Below, in pieces: positions 1 to 13,319 of a stretch of DNA of 64,000 nucleotides. Below the pieces are notes generated by a model. The model saw only the letters and a list, made by a program, of their open reading frames with translations. It did not search any database and was not told where the DNA came from. The translations under genes were made by a program, and so were the position numbers. The stretch covers positions 73,038,001 through 73,102,000 of the forward strand of contig CM059432.1 in the NCBI GenBank assembly GCA_030390025.1, read 5' to 3'. This stretch comes from Squalus acanthias. Taxonomy: Eukaryota. The first letter of the stretch is position 1; each line of letters starts with the position of its first letter.

Positions 1-506
1 TTTTTAATTTATATTAAAAACGTCTCAACATGTGTGTTCATACCACAAGCATGGGATTACAAAGTGTGTAATAAATTGTCATTTTTTATGTTTTTATTGG
101 CATCATACATAGGTAGGCAAAACCCAAGCAGTAAGTATTTTTTATACTGTAGTCATATATTTTCTTAAAGGTATTTCACTGTCAGCATTTATTTAAAATT
201 GCATAGTTTGGACATTTATAATTTACTTTATATTATTCTGTGGGGAGGGGGTTTGCTCGCTTTCTCTGATTTTAGATAGTTTTGTTTAAACAGTGAGCAT
301 CAATGACATAATTGGAATTGGCTTGGAGCAGTGACGAAACTCGAGGGAGCTAGATTAACATACATAGTTGAATTAACAAATTGCTGATGGACCTTGGGTT
401 AATGGCAGTTCTCTACTGATGTTAGTTCAGTTTCCTCATACTGTCTGGCTCAGTAACTCCTCCAAGTCATTGTATTGGAAGCTTTACATAACAGAGCTTT
501 ACACAC

Positions 507-785
507 CTTGGATGTCTCATCGGTTTCATCTTCATGGACTGAGCTGGATGGTGATGGAGTAGCGGACTTGCTTCCTGGTGGGGATGGTGAGCTGTGTTGG
601 ATAGCATTTCCTCCCATATTAAGACCAAGTTGTGCACTGAGTTGTGACTGGTTTATAGTGGTCAGCTGACCACGTTGCATTACTCCCGGGTGTCTGATGT
701 CTGTAGATCGGATAGCAGATCTCATAATTGACATCTGTGGGTGAGCACTGTAATGAGTAGTTTCTGTGTTTCCCAGATCATGCAT
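507..785 (-). CDS. TOX: TOX internal coding exon (equivalent to human exon 4), 279 bp, phase 0/0
   Basis: Translates MHDLGNTETTHYSAHPQM...GQLTTINQSQLSAQLGLNMGGNAIQHSSPSPPGSKSATPSPSSSVHEDETDETSK, which I recognise as the TOX segment just before the NLS/HMG box. Minus-strand acceptor ttttccag at 786-793; donor AAG|GTGTGT with GT at 506-505. Confidence 0.95.
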
Positions 786-1877
786 CTGGAAAAGAAAATG
801 ATGGTGGTGGGGAAATCATAAATAAAATGTACTGAAGAAAAACACACATTTGTACACTGAGATGGATGGCTTTGATTATTCTATGATCAGATTGATCGCA
901 CATGTTTTATTGGCATTCATCCTACATAAATTATGAAAATGCATTTTATTGAAAATTAATATAAAATTATACATTGAAAAGAAACCACTGCTGCAACTGT
1001 CTCCTAACCAAGGAAAAGTCTGAGTGATTAATTTATGTGTAAGTGCATTTTAATTCTAAATGGAAAGAGATAAAAATGCTAAATGCTAATGGGCCATTTT
1101 CAGTCATAGTATAAACAACCTTACTGCACATTGTACAGTGCACTAAGCAAACAGTCACTGCACATACTATGCTGATTGCCACCTCAGAAGACTGTAATCT
1201 GTTGCCTCAGGTGATATTTTCCATTACATACATTTTCAGCACCAGAGTTCACAATACAATTGGAAGATGTTTTGTGCTGTGGCCTTTTGTTTGCTGGATC
1301 TACAGTGAGATAGCCACAGTTGATTTTATTTGTGGACTTTACAAAAGCTTTAGTGAAACACAGTTTATGCCCATCTCACATTTATAAATATTTCAGACAC
1401 CAAGATGTCTAAATAATTACATAAGTCTGAAATAGAATATCTTCATATCTATTGGTGATCAAGTAAGTGCGCCATCATAAAGTAACTGTGTACACAGTAG
1501 CTCCATTAAAATTCTAGTCATCCAAATGGACAAAGTAACTTAAAGGGGTCATGTGGAAGCTGTTTCAACAGTGATCTTATCTCAGCTATATATTCATGCT
1601 GTTGGGCTCAATAATGATTCCAAGCCAGCACCATATGTTACTGACTGTATCTCTACTGCTGTTAATCCAAGTCTCTCGTGCCTTTAAGCTCAGACCCCAG
1701 ACAGTTTCCTTATATGATGGAATTCACTTTTTTTTTTAAAGGAGATTCCAGCTGCTTAAAGTTATCTATCCCTGTGTAAAAGTGCTGTCTGCCTCAATTG
1801 GCATTGACTCCTACCCATGGCTCATTTGGCAAATACATCATATAGTGTGGTGCTGAGCCATACAGAAGGAAAGAAAA

Positions 1878-1985
1878 GAAAGAACTTGCCTTTATATGGA
1901 GCTTCATGACATCCCAAAGAGCTTTATAGCTATTAAATCTTTTGAAATGTAGTCACTGTTTTGTTTTGTACGCAAACAAACTAAG
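1878..1985 (-). mobile_element. SINE 3' tail fragment (Deu/SacSINE1-like, L2-type tail)
   Basis: aagaacttgcctttatat...catcccaaagagcttt...gaaatgtagtcactgtt is the reverse complement of the tail at 29170-29270. Confidence 0.5.
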
Positions 1986-2839
1986 ACATGCAGACCAAGG
2001 AGGACCTGGTTTCATCTACGGTTTGTGCTGAGTTTGCTGATCTCACACAGGAATAGAGCTGCAATTGACCGCAATGTCTCAAACTAGAGAGGAGAAGAAC
2101 TGGCTAGTGATCCTGCTCTTAATCTCTGTCAGGTGATTCTTGCTCGTTTAGTAGGGATACCAAAGTTCTTTGCTATAATGCACTGCATTGTTGAATATCT
2201 TGAGCAAGTCAACGTTCTCCCTTTCTCCAATACCACAAAAATGAATAACATGGTCCTTCATCTCATGGATGTTTGTTATAAATTCAAGTCTGTGTAGATA
2301 CTTTCTTAGATTGAGTGGCAGCATTTGCTCTCGTACGCAGTCTGAACATCTTACTTTTATGGGACTCACGCTGCCCTATATTGACCTGTATGATAGCAGG
2401 ACCCAGGGATGTAATAGTCAAAACCCCTTGTGACCTGGATGTCTGTGACTTTCGCACGTGTATTTCTTCAATGTCTCCACTGATGAGGCGAGCCTTGATT
2501 TGAATCAGTACGCTGCTTTATTTCACAGTAAGGTGAACATACAGAGTAACAGTTATGATCAGATTCCCTTAGTTCAATTGGTAAAACTAACTTCACGTAA
2601 TGATAAAAATAATGAATTCTCCATGCTACCCCAGTCTCAAGGGAACTTCCAAATTAAGCTAGCAGCTTCCAAAATAAACAGCAAAACAAACAATTTTGGC
2701 AAAAAAACAAGTACAAGTATGAGCTTCTGTATAACAGCTTAATGAAACACAACAATTCACCTTTAAGATCCTAGCGTCAGCCTTCCTCAGCTACTGTTCT
2801 AAGTTACTACTGCTACCAATAGTACTACAACAATTACAT

Positions 2840-3504
2840 GGGGGAAAAATTAGGTTGCTTTGCGCCTCCAGTTAGCACCCCTGGGGGGCGCAAAGCCCCT
2901 AGCGCCTGGGTGCAGTGCCGCTAACGCTTCCCACGAAATTCAGTGGGAGGTTAGCGGCGCCGGTAGCGCCCTGGTGACGACGTCATTGCCGTGCGCAGCA
3001 CCCCACACGCACCCCACTCACAAACTTCGGTCGCGCCTCCTGACCTACCGCCGGACAATATGTCTAACAGGGTGGTGTTTTTGCGGCCACGGCGGCGCAA
3101 ATTAAAGGGCAGGTGCCGGGCGGCCATTTTTTGGGCCACCTGCCAGCACCTGCCCCCTTCCGCTTTTTTATGCGGGGTGCCGGCCACAATCGGTCAGCCC
3201 GGCACTCCTCTTGAGTGCCGGGCTGTTTTCCCGGCCCCCCGCTCCCCGGTGGTCCAGCAGTGCCCCGGTGCGCGCTGCGCTAGGCCCCTTCCCTGTAATC
3301 AGGGGAGGAAGGCCTGCAATACGCGATGCGCGTAGCACTGTTGCACGTAGCGCCGCGATATTCAATGGTAGCGCCCCAGGGAGGAGGGGGAGCGCTTCCA
3401 GTAGTTGAATTTACGGCGCAGGGGCGCTAACCTTTTCGGGGCGCTAAAAGTAGTGCCCCGGCGAAGTTAACGCTCCAAAGTGGGCGCCATCGAATTTTTC
3501 CCCC
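2840..3504 (+). mobile_element. Harbinger-type MITE, family A (CpG-rich, TAGCGCC-rich)
   Basis: TIR GGGGGAAAAATT / AATTTTTCCCCC; 3-bp TSD CAT (2837-2839, 3505-3507); similar to copies at 32901, 36904 and 54161. Confidence 0.85.
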
Positions 3505-3507
3505 CAT

Positions 3508-3690
3508 GTATTTATACAGCACCTTTAATGCAGAGACACATTCCAAAGTTCAACACAGAGGTGTAATCGAAAAAAAATGAATGTTGAGTCAAAGAGGAGA
3601 TATTAGGAGGGGAGACCAAAACCTTGGCCAATTAGGTCACTTTTAAGGAGAGTCTTATAGGAGAAGGAGGCGGAGACTCAGAGGGCGTTT
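3508..3690 (-). mobile_element. L2-like LINE 3' end fragment
   Basis: tatttatacagcacctttaat...gagatattaggagggg...ttttaaggagagtctta resembles a reverse-complemented L2 3' end; recognised by eye only. Confidence 0.45.
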
Positions 3691-3766
3691 AGGGCTATCC
3701 CTCTTTAAAGTGATGTAAGTTAGATCAGTAGATCCTAGGGCATAAATATAACATTTAGGACTTATG

Positions 3767-4377
3767 GGGAAAGAAATTGGTCTAGCATTGGAAACCAGCG
3801 TGAAATCATCAGCCTGAGGCGCGCCAAAAATTGGGCCATTCGCCTCATCTAGATAAAATCGGCGAGCTGTGGACGCCAGTCAAGCGTTCCGATGCAGCTC
3901 GCTGGTCAGGGCCTTTGCAAAATTGGTTGGCTCGGACACTGCGCTGACCTGCAATTAAGTCCTTTGGGGGGAGACGAATGGGACAGGGCGAGCACAGGCT
4001 GGCAGTGGCCCGCAGTACTGTTGTGGAACCAGAAGGAGCAGGAGTGCTCCTCCTGACTCCATATTAACGGAAGTAAAAAAAAATCTTATTTACCTTTTCT
4101 CGGCAGCCTCCAGCAGTCCCTTTAAAAAGCACTGGTTAGGCCGCTGTAGACCCAGAAAAGCAGAGCAAAGCAGTGGTGGCACATTCGCCGTAACTTTTAA
4201 GCTGAATTTGGCAGTGGGGTCCTAAAACAGGTATTAGGCCCATGATTAGCATATTCAACAGGCCTAATGCCTGTTTTAGGTGAGCGCCCTGGACACTTGA
4301 AAGTCGCCAGAAATTCACCCCTCTAATGCTCATTTCATGCTCGATGAGCGGGCCTGATGCAGCTCAATTTCTCCCAA
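3767..4377. mobile_element. Degenerate Harbinger-type MITE
   Basis: Imperfect TIR GGGAAAGAAATTG / CAATTTCTCCCAA, flanked by ATG on both sides; internal ggagcaggagtgctcc motif shared with family F. Confidence 0.55.
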
Positions 4378-5998
4378 ATGCTGTGACCCTGGTCTAAAAC
4401 CCTCACTTGCGTGGGTTGTACCTTACAGGCAAAACGTACATCCTCTCTCACTTCGAGCTGAATTTAGGGTGGAAGTTAAAGTGGCGTAAAACTGCCGTAT
4501 TTGCTCCAAGTACAAAATTCCAACCCTCCACCTGCCAGTTAGATCTGCTGAGTTTACGCTTTACCAAAACATTGGAATTTCGGGCCAAGCGATTTTACAT
4601 GTTTTATAATTAAGCTGCTGATTTAGTTTTTTTAAAGCTTAAACCAAATAATTATTCAATTGAAGTAAGCCAACGGCAACATATATTGATATATCAATGC
4701 AACATACTGGAGTTTTAGGACATGGGCTAGAACCCACCACTCTCACGTGGCAAGTTCCATGGGAGAGCAGGTGTTGGAAGAAAAGTGAATACAAGGGATG
4801 AAGAGAAAATCAAAAGTAGTCAACCTAAGCCACTCACATGAACCCCTAGGAGATGAGTACAGAAAAGAATTCCGAGAGATCTGGGAGAAAATTACTGGTC
4901 CAAGCTCTCAGTTCAAGGAATGATGTGCTGCTATGCATTAAAAGTAAGGAAAAAAATCTTGAGGTGCTGTATCTATTACATAGTATATGCAGCACAGAAA
5001 CAGGCCATTTGGCCCAACAGGTTCATGCTGGTGTTTATTCTCCACACGAGCCAGCTTTCACCCCTTCTTCATCTAACCTCATCAAGATATCCTTCTATTC
5101 CTTTCTCCCTCATGTGTTTATCTAGCTTCCCCTTAAATGCATCCATGCTAGTCGCCTCAACTACTTCTTGTGGTAACGAGTTCCACATTCTAACCACTCG
5201 CTGGATAAAGGAGTCTCTGCCAAATTCCCTATTGGATTTATTAATGACTATTTATGGCCCCTAGTTCTGGTCTCTGCCGCAAATGGAAACATCTTCTCTA
5301 CATCTACCCTTTCATAATCTTAAAGATGTCTATCAGGTCACCCCTCAGTCTTCTCTTTTCTAGAGAAAAACGCCCCAGCCTGTTCATACTTTCCTGATAG
5401 GAATAACCTCTCAGTTCTGGTATCATTCCAGTAAATCTTTTTTGCATCTTCTGCAGTGCCTCTATATCCTTTTTGTAATATGGAGATCAGAATTATGCAC
5501 AGTACTCCAAATGTGGTCTAACCAAGGTTCTATATAAGTTTAACATTACTTCTCTGCTTTTCATTTTTATCCCGCTCGAAATGAACCCCAGTGCTTTGTT
5601 TGCTTTTTTTTTTAATGGCATTATTAACCTGTGTTACTACTTTTAGTGATTTGTGTGTCTGCCCCCGCAGATCCTTCTGCTCCTCTACCCCATTTAGACA
5701 CTTAGGCCGGAATTTTCTGTACCTGGGCGGGGCGGATGCGGGCAGTCGGTGTGGCGGGTCACGACCCCGTTGCTGCTTCTATCCTACTGCAGAAAATGAC
5801 TTTGCGATAATGGGGCCTATTAAGCCCGCCCTGCGCGTTACCCAGCCCAATTAAATGGCGCGGGTCTGATGACATCATCCATGACATGCTTTCTGCTGGT
5901 ATATTTAAAGGAGCCATGGCCACATTGCATTTGAAGGTTCATCTCGGAGTGTGCAAGCAGCACACTGGAGGTTTTCATTGCTCCAAACAGTTGGAGAG

Positions 5999-7868
5999 AT
6001 GGCTGCACAGAGGCAGAGAGCTGCACCCAGGTTCTCCGATGACTCCCTCCATATCCTTGTGGAGGGAGTCAGAGCACGCATGGAGGTCCTCTTCCCTTCC
6101 AATGGGCGGAAGAGACCTCGCCAGGAGACAAAAAGAGCCTGGCTCCAAATTGCAGAGGAGGTCAACAGCAGGGATGTTGTGAGGAGGACCTGGGTGCAGT
6201 GCCGCAAACGTTTCAATGATCTCATTAGATCTGGAAAGGTGAGTACAAAGCCCACTCAACTTCATCCTGCTGTGCCTCTCATCACATCCCCATCACTCTG
6301 CCTTCCCAACCCTACTCCTGCCCATCCTTACTCACACCAACATACCTTGCAAGTACACCCATCCCCCTCTCTCTATCTACATTATTACATCTCCATCTTA
6401 CTAGCCACCCCTCACACTCACCCTCATCCTAATGCAATCATATCAACTAACACCACACAAGGAGGCCACTTGGCATTGCCACCCCAATCCATCATAGTCT
6501 CCCTCTAAAGATGTAACCCATCCATTCCTTACACTCATTGCATCACTCTCACTCAACCTTCTCTTCTTTCCCTCCTTGCAGGAAAAGAGAGCCCACAATA
6601 AGAGGGAGAGGGAGAGGGAAAGAACTGGAGGTGGGCCTCCATCATTTGCGACCCTCACAACAGCAGAGGAGGCTGCGTCGGAAGTCTTGGGAGTGGCTGA
6701 ACAGCTGGAGGTGGGAGACGGAGAGAGGGGGACATCTCAGCAACCTGGTGACAGAATTACATATCATACAGCTACATGGCATACATTAGTCACTCATATG
6801 GGGACTGATGTCATCAGCCACTGAATGGTCATCATGTGCATAATGGTATGTGCACCCATTCTTCATATGGCATATCTAACTCATCTCTTTACTCTCCCAC
6901 AGGTCCATCAAGAGCCCGCACCCCCCCCCCCCCCCAATGTCCAGGAGGAAGAGGAAGACGACTTCTCAGAGGAGCGTCCAGCCTCTGAGGGCGCAGCTTC
7001 ACCAGACATGCGCGCACCCAGCACCAGCGCAGAGATGCACATCTTCAACGCGAGATATAGTGTTGTCACTGGGTCCATCACAAGTGAGCAAGAGCAGATG
7101 GTGGAGACAGGGACAGCAGTGTAGACTCCTCGCCTGAGGACACAGGACGCTCCCAGCTCTGCTCAGCTGCATGCAGACGCTGAGCCTCGGGGGCCATCCA
7201 GAAAGAGGGCGATCCTGGAGGTGCAGGAAGAAGTGCAGGAGGCTCTGACAGGCTTTGCGAGTGCGATGTCTGCAAATGTTCAGAGAATGAAGGAGTCCAT
7301 CTCCAACATGAGCACCACCATGTCGCAGGCGATGGTGACTGTAGGCTCTTCCATGGATAGGATAGCCACCTGCATGGAGCAGCTAATGCGCCACTTACAT
7401 GAGCACATGCTATCTATGGAGCATAGATGGCAGAGGCTCATAGACCTCCTGTCTAGAAGGGATGTTAGTGTAGACGTGGGTCCTCATGGCCCCACTGATG
7501 TGCAGCAAGGTGCTCTCCAGCTCCTTGCTAGCAGGGAAATGCAGGTGGCCTATGAGAGGGATGATGGTGAGAGGGGAGAGGGTAGTGTGGGCTCCTCTCA
7601 AAGCACTTACACTTCTCCCCCGTTGCCACCCGCTCAGTCAGAGCCCCAGATGGCTCCTTGGATCGCGATGGTCGAGTCTGCCCCTGCACAGTCGCAGGAG
7701 GAGCAGACTTTGGCGGGGCCATCACAGGCTCCAAAACCCAGAGGACGTCTGCCAACTGTGTCTAAGCAGTCGCAGCAGGGAAGTGAGCAGGCTTCCTTTA
7801 CTTCTGCTGAAGCCACAGGGGTAGTATCTCATAGAAGCACGCGGAACAGAAAGATGACACACAAGTAG
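5999..7868 (+). pseudogene. Harbinger Myb/SANT-like DNA-binding protein gene, 3 exons (5999-6238, 6582-6747, 6903-7868)
   Basis: Exon 1 MAAQRQRAAPRFSDDSL..AWLQIAEEVNS..RTWVQCRKRFNDLIRSGK|GTGAGT; exon 2 EKRAHNKRERERERTGGG; both introns GT-AG. Exon 3 is frameshifted at the C15 run (6921-6935) and has an in-frame TAG at 7122-7124. Confidence 0.85.
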
Positions 7869-8149
7869 ATTCACAAGGGTAGCCACTTGGGTGTTTTAGT
7901 CAATGTTAATGGATTGTCAACCATTAAAATCTTTATTTTCACCACTTTCCCGGCTTGGACACATTTATGTGCACCTTTGGAAGTGGCTTAGTGAGTTGCA
8001 GTGACTGGTGAGACATAACGGAACCTCCAGCAATGGAGGTCAGTGTGAAAGGAATGACTTGGTTATTGTAGGGATCATTTATGATGTTGCTGTGGGGTGG
8101 TGCCAACCTGGTGCTGCATGTGGCAGCCATATGGGTGTACAGCATAAAG

Positions 8150-8364
8150 TTAAGTAAATCTGGACATGATGAGGCCATCCCTGGCCTCCCGGGCAGCAAT
8201 GTGCTCGGGTGCTGATGTCCTCTGTCCTGTGCAGCATCAGGTGGTTGCGGAGAAGGTTGGTGGTGTTGTTGTTGGTGCTGCTGGTGTGCCTGGTGCTGCT
8301 GGTGTTGGGGCTCATCGTGGTCAGATTCTGAGGACCAAGGTGAAACAGTATAAACGGCACCCAT
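8150..8364 (-). pseudogene. Harbinger transposase remnant: N-terminus fused out of frame to C-terminus, DDE core missing
   Basis: MGAVYTVSPWSSESDHDEPQHQQ..PPDAAQDRG matches the N-terminus of the 59396-60602 transposase (MGTIYFLSPWTSDSDEEQPQQQ..PPDAAQGRR). A shifted frame reads APEHIAAREARDGLIMSRFT*, matching its C-terminus AREHMAARDARDALILAIFA*. Confidence 0.85.
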
Positions 8365-10039
8365 GTTGATGGAAGAGATGGCAGGTCAAGTAGAGTTGAC
8401 AGAAGCAATCTGTCAATGGTGAGAGAGGTTCTTCCAATGAGGTGACACTGGATGGAGACTTTGCTGGAAACACTTGCAGCCTGCAGAAAGTTAAATTTGT
8501 GCTGGCAATGTAGTCAGCAACAGCTTCTGCCTGAGGAAAGTGATCAGCTGTGAGGTGGGTACTTTTATAGTACATTTGATGCTGTCAACTAATCAGCTGG
8601 AGCAATGGCTACTCAACGCCATTGAGTGGCCACTTCCGCCTCAGGTTGACAGACGTGGTTCCCGAGCTGCGTGAATCCCGTGGCCATGCAGGGAAATTTG
8701 AAATGTAGGGGGAAAAATGCTCTTAAGTGTCTGACACCAAGTTTATAATGATTTCAATTAGATCGCCCGCCTCTGCTGGTTGGGTCGCTGATGCACCAGC
8801 AAACGCTCCCGAGGGAAAGGCGCGTGGGGGTGGGATGATGGCGGGTTCCCAACCCCTTCCGACTTTTTTCAAATTTCCCACCCGACCCACCTCCGATCGC
8901 GCCCGCACGGACGCCAGAAAATTCCAGCCTTATTCCCAAGAAATATGTGGCCTCCTTATTCTTCCTAACAAAATGTACCACCTCACACTTATCTATATTG
9001 TTCATTTGCCAATTACACGCCCATTCTGCAAGTTTATTAATATCTTCATGTATTTTGTCACAGTCCTCCTCTGTATTAACCACACCCCCCAATTTGGTGT
9101 CGTCCGCAAATTTTGAAATTGTACTTCCGATTCCTGAGTCCAAATTGTTTATCTGCTTCTGGGCCTAAGCTGCTGGTCAAAAAAAATACCCAATACTGGG
9201 ACTCAGTTTATTCTTGCAATTGATTACAGTAGTGCAACTACTAAATATTAAAAAGCAAGGCCTACACTGATAAATATTACAACAGATTGGTGATTATTCA
9301 CTGTTCAATTAGGGTCATAACAGCATACAAGTCATTTAAATTTCATAAAAGTCTTCCTTAAGCAGACAGTTTCGTAGTACTACTCAACATTTTGTAAACA
9401 TTCTCTTTGAATTATTAACATATAAACTGCATCTATCAAACACACATGAAAGACCCTGATTAAAGTTAATAACAGACTCACTCACTCAGCTTTCTTCTGT
9501 GCACTGCAAGTGGTTTATTTATATGCTTCCGCCATTTAACCTTAATGCCACCACAACAGTAGATCAGTGAAAAGTGAAACTTTATTCATATTTAAGCATC
9601 AGCATGGAAAACCCATCCTAAACTTAAAAATAATTCAAACAGTACCTTACGAGCCCCTTTAATTTGAAATCATCTGGGCTTAGTAAAAAATGCACCGTAC
9701 AGACAGAGGTACAATATCACGTTTGTATGGTAAAGCCAATGAATTATAAATATAGTTTCAGTTGTGACTAAACCAATGATGACCAGATCAAGCAAAGGCC
9801 AATTTGATTCATGTATTGACCTTGAAACCAACTCTACAATGAACTCTGAAGGCCTATTCTTGGACACATCTGTATCCTGTTTGTAGCTTTTTGATTATAA
9901 AACAATAAACCCCTAAATTTAAAAACAATCCTTTTTGAGGAAATTAAATTATTTTGTACTACACATCTACTGACCCTCTAAATCTCTCTTTTATTTTACT
10001 TTTAAAGATTTAATTCCATTCATTCTGAGCTCATTAATA

Positions 10040-10903
10040 TCAGTGGGCGGGGGGGGCGGGTCGGGAGAAGATCAAGTGGTTGAGCCGGGAGAAGATCGAG
10101 GGGTTGAGCAGGGAGAAGATCGAGGGGTTGAGCCGGGAGAAGATCGAGGGGTTGAGCAGGGAGAAGATCGAGGGGTTGAGCCGGGAGAAGATCGAGGGGT
10201 TGAGCCGGGAGAAGATCGAGGGGTTGAGCCGGGAGAAGATCGAGGGGTTGAGCCGGGAGAAGATCGAGGGGTTGAGCCGGGAGAAGATCGAGGGGTTGAG
10301 CCGGGAGAAGATCGAGGGGTTGAGCCGGGAGAAGATCGAGGGGTTGAGCAGGGAGAAGATCGAGGGGTTGAGCAGGGAGAAGATCGAGGGGTTGAGCCGG
10401 GAGAAGATCGAGCAGTCGAGCCGGGAGCGGCAAAAAGATTGGGGCTGGAGGAGGATGGGGAGTCCGAAGAGAATCGGGGGCCAGAGGAGCAGCACGGGGA
10501 GGGCCGGAGGAGGTTGGGGGGGGAATCGTTTGGGGATTGGAGGCCTGAGGGGAGTGGGTTAGGCAGGGACCCTGGATCCAGGAGTTAGGTGTAAAGACAC
10601 TTACCTCGTGGATGCAGCAGTCCTTGCCTTGCTGTAGCTGGCGGGTTTCACGAGGTGTGCAAAACTCGACCAGCTACAGTTAAAGACTAAATGGAGGTTA
10701 AAGAAGAGGCTGTCAACCTCATTATAATACTTAAATAGACGGCCTGCCTCCTGGCAGTGGGTTGGCTGCCCGCCTCCTGTCCCGCCTCCATTAAAACTGA
10801 AGTGGGTGGGTTGGAGGCGGGTTCTGGTCAGGATTCCGATATTTAACACTTTAACTATCCGCACGCCTCCAACCCACCCTTTTTTTTAGGTTAAATTCCC
10901 GCC
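10040..10903. mobile_element. Harbinger-type MITE family F, left end lost, carries a minisatellite
   Basis: Right ~300 bp are similar to the right ends of the 11303, 23657 and 29290 copies; ends TTAAATTCCCGCC. Confidence 0.7.
10064..10428. repeat. 24-bp minisatellite, ~15 copies
   Basis: Unit GAGAAGATCGAGGGGTTGAGC(C/A)GG, near-perfect tandem copies with no spacers. Confidence 0.95.
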
Positions 10904-11214
10904 AATGCACTGTTTGTGGGGAAAAAGAAACATGGTGATTCACTGATGTAAAATGACTGTTCACATTTAGGAGGGCACATAACATCATTAATTAATAAAT
11001 AATTAACACTTATACTCACAGAAAGTTTCTTAAAGGAACAGCAGAACTTTTCAAGTGAATAGATTGCAGTTTACTTTGCACATTCAGTTAAAAAAATGTT
11101 TTCTCCTGATTTGAAAACACAGACTATTTGCCACATAGAGAATTGTTTGGCTCTTGACCTAGCTGCTATATAATAGGCCTACAAGAATAAAAGTAATAAT
11201 TCCTCTACTGAAAG

Positions 11215-11970
11215 TTTTGTTGAAGGGTCCACACTTGAAATGTTAACTCATCTGTTCTCTCCATCGATGCTGCCTGACCTGCTGAGTGTTTCCAGTATTT
11301 TTGGCTGGGATTTTCCCGTTTCCCACCCACCTGGAGTGGGGGGGGGGACCCGGTAGACCGCAAGAAACCCAGAAGTCCGGGTTTCCCGGCACGCTGTGGA
11401 GTTTTAATTCCACAGCGTGCGTTTGACGTAATGGGCGGGTTTGCCGCCCGGAAGTCAGCTTGATTGACAGTCTGGCTTCCAGTCGGGCAGGAAACGCTGG
11501 CTGACCAGGATGTCGCAGCAACAGTTAAGTGCTGGGTCCAAGGCGGATGGGGGTGGGGGTCTGATTCCTGGCCCCGGGGCGGGAAAGAGGTGAGATCCTG
11601 CTCCTCCCGGCCAATAAGGATTGCTCCCCGAAGCTGTTCTCGCCTCGCTGCAACTACCGGGAATGCCGAGCCCGGGATCCCTGGCCGCCTGCAGTTAAAC
11701 CTGCACAGCAGATTAAAGTAGAGGCTTCAGGCCTCATTATAATATTTTAAATGCCAACCCACCTCCTGGCAGCGGGTGGCTGCCCGCTCCCCCTTCCCCC
11801 CCCCCCTGCCTGAGTAAAAGTTGAAAGTGGGCGGGTTGGAGGCGGGTTTTAGATTTTTACAACTTTCACTTCCATCTCCCACCTCCAACCCACCCCTTTT
11901 TTCATGTGAAAATTCCCCCCTCTGTTTGTTTCACATTTCCAGTATCTTCAGTTTTTTTTGCTTTTTGCCA
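11215..11970 (+). mobile_element. Penelope-like pLTR/3' fragment (11215-11302 and 11921-11970) split by a MITE
   Basis: tgaagggtc..tgaaatgttaac..gatgctgcctgacctgctgagtgtttccagtattt, then after the MITE ctgtttgtttcacatttccagtatct; the same motif occurs at 45222-45304. Family assignment is from memory of shark repeats. Confidence 0.55.
11303..11920. mobile_element. Harbinger-type MITE family F
   Basis: TIR GGCTGGGATTTTC / GAAAATTCCCCCC; flanks TTT/TCT. Confidence 0.75.
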
Positions 11971-13319
11971 ATAATGAAGGCATTAGGTTGTGTCCCTTGA
12001 AGTAAGTAGCTTGGGTTACTTGACAGAATTTTAGGTGTAATTGTATTTTACTAGATTAATGTCTACTTTCAAATCTTTCATGCTGTTCTAATTACTACAG
12101 TTCTTACAATGTTGTGCAACAGGATCATGAAACCAGTTGGAGCTCCTCTAAGACCTTTCTGCAATTTTTTATTTTTTTTACAGTACATACAGATGTTCCT
12201 ACTGTGGAACAAACAAAATACAAATCAATAAAAATAATGTCAATTAAAAAAACCACGCACTGCAAGAGGTATTATTCCAGTATCCTGAATTACTCAAATG
12301 GGTTTCAGGTTAAAATAAACAATTGAAACACTAAAAACAAATGAAATGAGTTGTGTCATGTATGTTGGATGAAGTACCGTTTTTGAATTCATTTCTTTAA
12401 CGTGCAAGTTCAAACAGCCATGTATTTACATTGGTGAATTGACATTTGATTGACAGTAAGGCCTGGGATAAATGGAGCTCACAGGATGGAGTGGAAGAGA
12501 CTGGTGCTGGCCCAATGGGCCTAGGGCACTACAGCACCCACAGACGTGCAGGTACTATTACAATCATCATAACATCTGGTGAAATTTATGCAAATCGGTC
12601 TTCTAAAGTCAAGTTTGTTGGCAAAGTTTTAAGTACAGCAATTTAAGTAATTGTTTAATATCACATAACACTAGCATATGTTTCACTGACCCTTCATGGC
12701 CTGAAGGAAAATTTTTGCAACATGTCCAAAAACAACTTAATGGTACGATTTTCACTTTTTAAAGTGTGTGTAATTAACAGACACGTGCTTCAAATGTTCT
12801 CAACATGTTCTTGTACTGAGCTAAAGTATTCAGCAGCACTCTTTTCCAAAATATCAATTCAGGAAATAAAACTGTAATGGAAAGCACATTTATTTGTCAC
12901 AAACTTTAAAAAGTCGTATCAGTTTTCATAGGTTCTAATATATAAGCTAAATCCAAAGCTGGAAAAATAGTGGCCTAGAAATTAGATATAGCCACAAAAT
13001 GGGCAGTGTTAAGGCCAAAAGATGTTAAATGCGCCACCTGAAAATGGTCTAGGTGCACGCAAAATTCGTGCTCGCTCTTGATTAACATGATTATAGTCAT
13101 GATTTCAGCGCTAAAACTGCTACTCATTAGCTTAACGCTCACCAGGTGGACCAGTATCGGGGCCAGTCTAATTCACAGTCATGTGTGCCAGGGGCTTTTT
13201 CCACTACTTAAAGGAGAGGTGCATTGATGCTACAGCACCTCATTGTCAGGGCAGTTGGGTTTACAGCTGCCCCAACAACCAGAAGAAGAAGCTCAAGGAC
13301 AAGCAAGAGTAGTGTACAC

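Larger units (their letters stand above)
5705..8929. mobile_element. PIF/Harbinger element B: Myb/SANT gene retained, transposase internally deleted
   Basis: TIR GGCCGGAATTTTCTG / CAGAAAATTCCAGCC; canonical TTA TSD (5702-5704, 8930-8932); convergent Myb-like gene (+) and transposase remnant (-). Confidence 0.92.
4976..9150 (-). mobile_element. CR1 LINE 3' fragment (RT C-terminus and tail), split by a Harbinger insertion
   Basis: 8933-9143 encodes ISKFADDTKLGG..KCEVVHF..EATYFLG. Homology resumes at 5701 and runs to a CR1 3' tail near 4976. Confidence 0.85.

Noticed and set aside
450..506. C-terminal extension VCKALLCK.. of the TOX ORF
   Set aside because: Intron read-through past the GT donor at 506; the same applies to 43783-43818.
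2860..3408. Overlapping GC-rich ORFs here and in other MITEs
   Set aside because: High GC suppresses stop codons, and frames are not conserved between homologous copies.
5999..7868. Host NAIF1/MSANTD gene
   Set aside because: Lies within a TIR/TSD-bounded transposon inserted in a CR1, is disrupted, and has paralogous copies in the same window.
7939..8364. Novel 141-aa polyQ/H protein
   Set aside because: Explained as the out-of-frame fusion of transposase termini reading into the 3'UTR.
10064..10428. CRISPR-like array
   Set aside because: Head-to-tail repeats with no unique spacers, no cas genes, and a vertebrate intron context.
10020..10588. Repetitive ORFs on both strands (PLDLLPAQ, GEDRGVEP, SREKIEGL)
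   Set aside because: Artefacts of a stop-free 24-bp minisatellite inside a MITE; no splice or homology support.
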